NCBI GenBank assembly: GCA_012513855.1
Contig: JAAZBK010000399.1
Coordinates: 1-49,451 of the forward strand
DNA: 49,451 bases
DNA from: Acidimicrobiales bacterium
Lineage (GTDB): Bacteria; Actinomycetota; Acidimicrobiia; Acidimicrobiales; Iamiaceae
Direction: 5' to 3'
In this document: positions 45,855-49,451 of the stretch, piece by piece
Position numbering within the stretch: the first letter of the stretch is position 1
Layout: every line of letters begins with the position of its first letter
Notes under the pieces: model-generated
What the model was told of the DNA's origin: nothing
The model's input: only the letters and a program-made list of their open reading frames with translations
Databases searched by the model: none
Program-made: the position numbers and the translations under genes

Positions 45855-46283
45855 GTGGCCGATCCGACCGACGATCCGGTGGTGACGCCCGACGCCATAA
45901 ACGCCGTCCTCGATCAGTACTTCACCACCCCGGGGCCCCGCTGCGCGGAGACCGGCCCGGGCTACGCGGTGGCGTCGGCCACCGGCCGGGCGCTCACCGT
46001 CCGGCCGGGCGGCTACGTGTCGGGGCCGACCCAGTTCGCCCTGGCCGATGCCGCGCTCTACTACGCGGCCATGGTGGCCATCGGGAAGGTGGAGACCATG
46101 GCCCTCACCTCCGAGCTGTCGATCCGCTACCTGCGTCCGGCCCAGGGCGAGGCCATCTACGCCCGCGCCACCATCGACACCGTCACCCGTCGCTCGGTGG
46201 TGGGATCGATCAAGGTCTGGATGGACGACGCCGACGATCGCCCCACCGCCATAGCCCAGGGCACCTACGCGCTCCCTCGATAG
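45855..46283 (+). CDS. PaaI/hot-dog thioesterase
   Basis: RPGGYVSGPTQFALAD, TSELSIRYLRP, AQGTYALP. Confidence 0.88.
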   Translation: MADPTDDPVVTPDAINAVLDQYFTTPGPRCAETGPGYAVASATGRALTVRPGGYVSGPTQFALADAALYYAAMVAIGKVETMALTSELSIRYLRPAQGEAIYARATIDTVTRRSVVGSIKVWMDDADDRPTAIAQGTYALPR

Positions 46284-46294
46284 AGCGGCGAAGC

Positions 46295-49451
<3,157 letters not shown>

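Overview
High-GC actinobacterial chromosome segment. Gene content and style suggest Acidimicrobiia, which is an inference. The backbone is conserved housekeeping: mrpA (partial), DUF3263/LytR_C, otsB-otsA, glycerate kinase, pcrA, sucCD, purN-purH-folD-metF, monomeric icd. Accessory genes are interleaved: two c-di-GMP enzymes, RarD, acyl-CoA ligase, quinone oxidoreductase, LldD, a GT-C glycosyltransferase, a lipoprotein esterase, a vapBC pair and an AraC/TIGR03086 pair. The most distinctive part is a nitrogen-assimilation island (33.5-44.9 kb). It holds nirB-nirD, an inserted cobalamin-dependent radical SAM enzyme with two N-terminal RRE/PqqD-like domains, the HemD-wHTH regulator NnaR, and a Tat-less Nas/Nap-type nitrate reductase whose partner is a fused 4x[4Fe-4S]/DmsC-type membrane anchor. 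That partner suggests a quinol-fed assimilatory nitrate reductase. NnaR-type inverted repeats, 11-bp-phased GlnR-type boxes and a leaderless 16-codon uORF are readable in these promoters. Other signals: a sharply AT-recoded codon patch in pcrA motif III, a candidate two-hairpin sRNA after glxK, tandem 61-bp palindromic repeats, a cluster-less Rieske-like protein and widespread leaderless promoters. No rRNA, tRNA, CRISPR array, transposase or integrase was seen. All calls are by motif recognition only; no searches were run.
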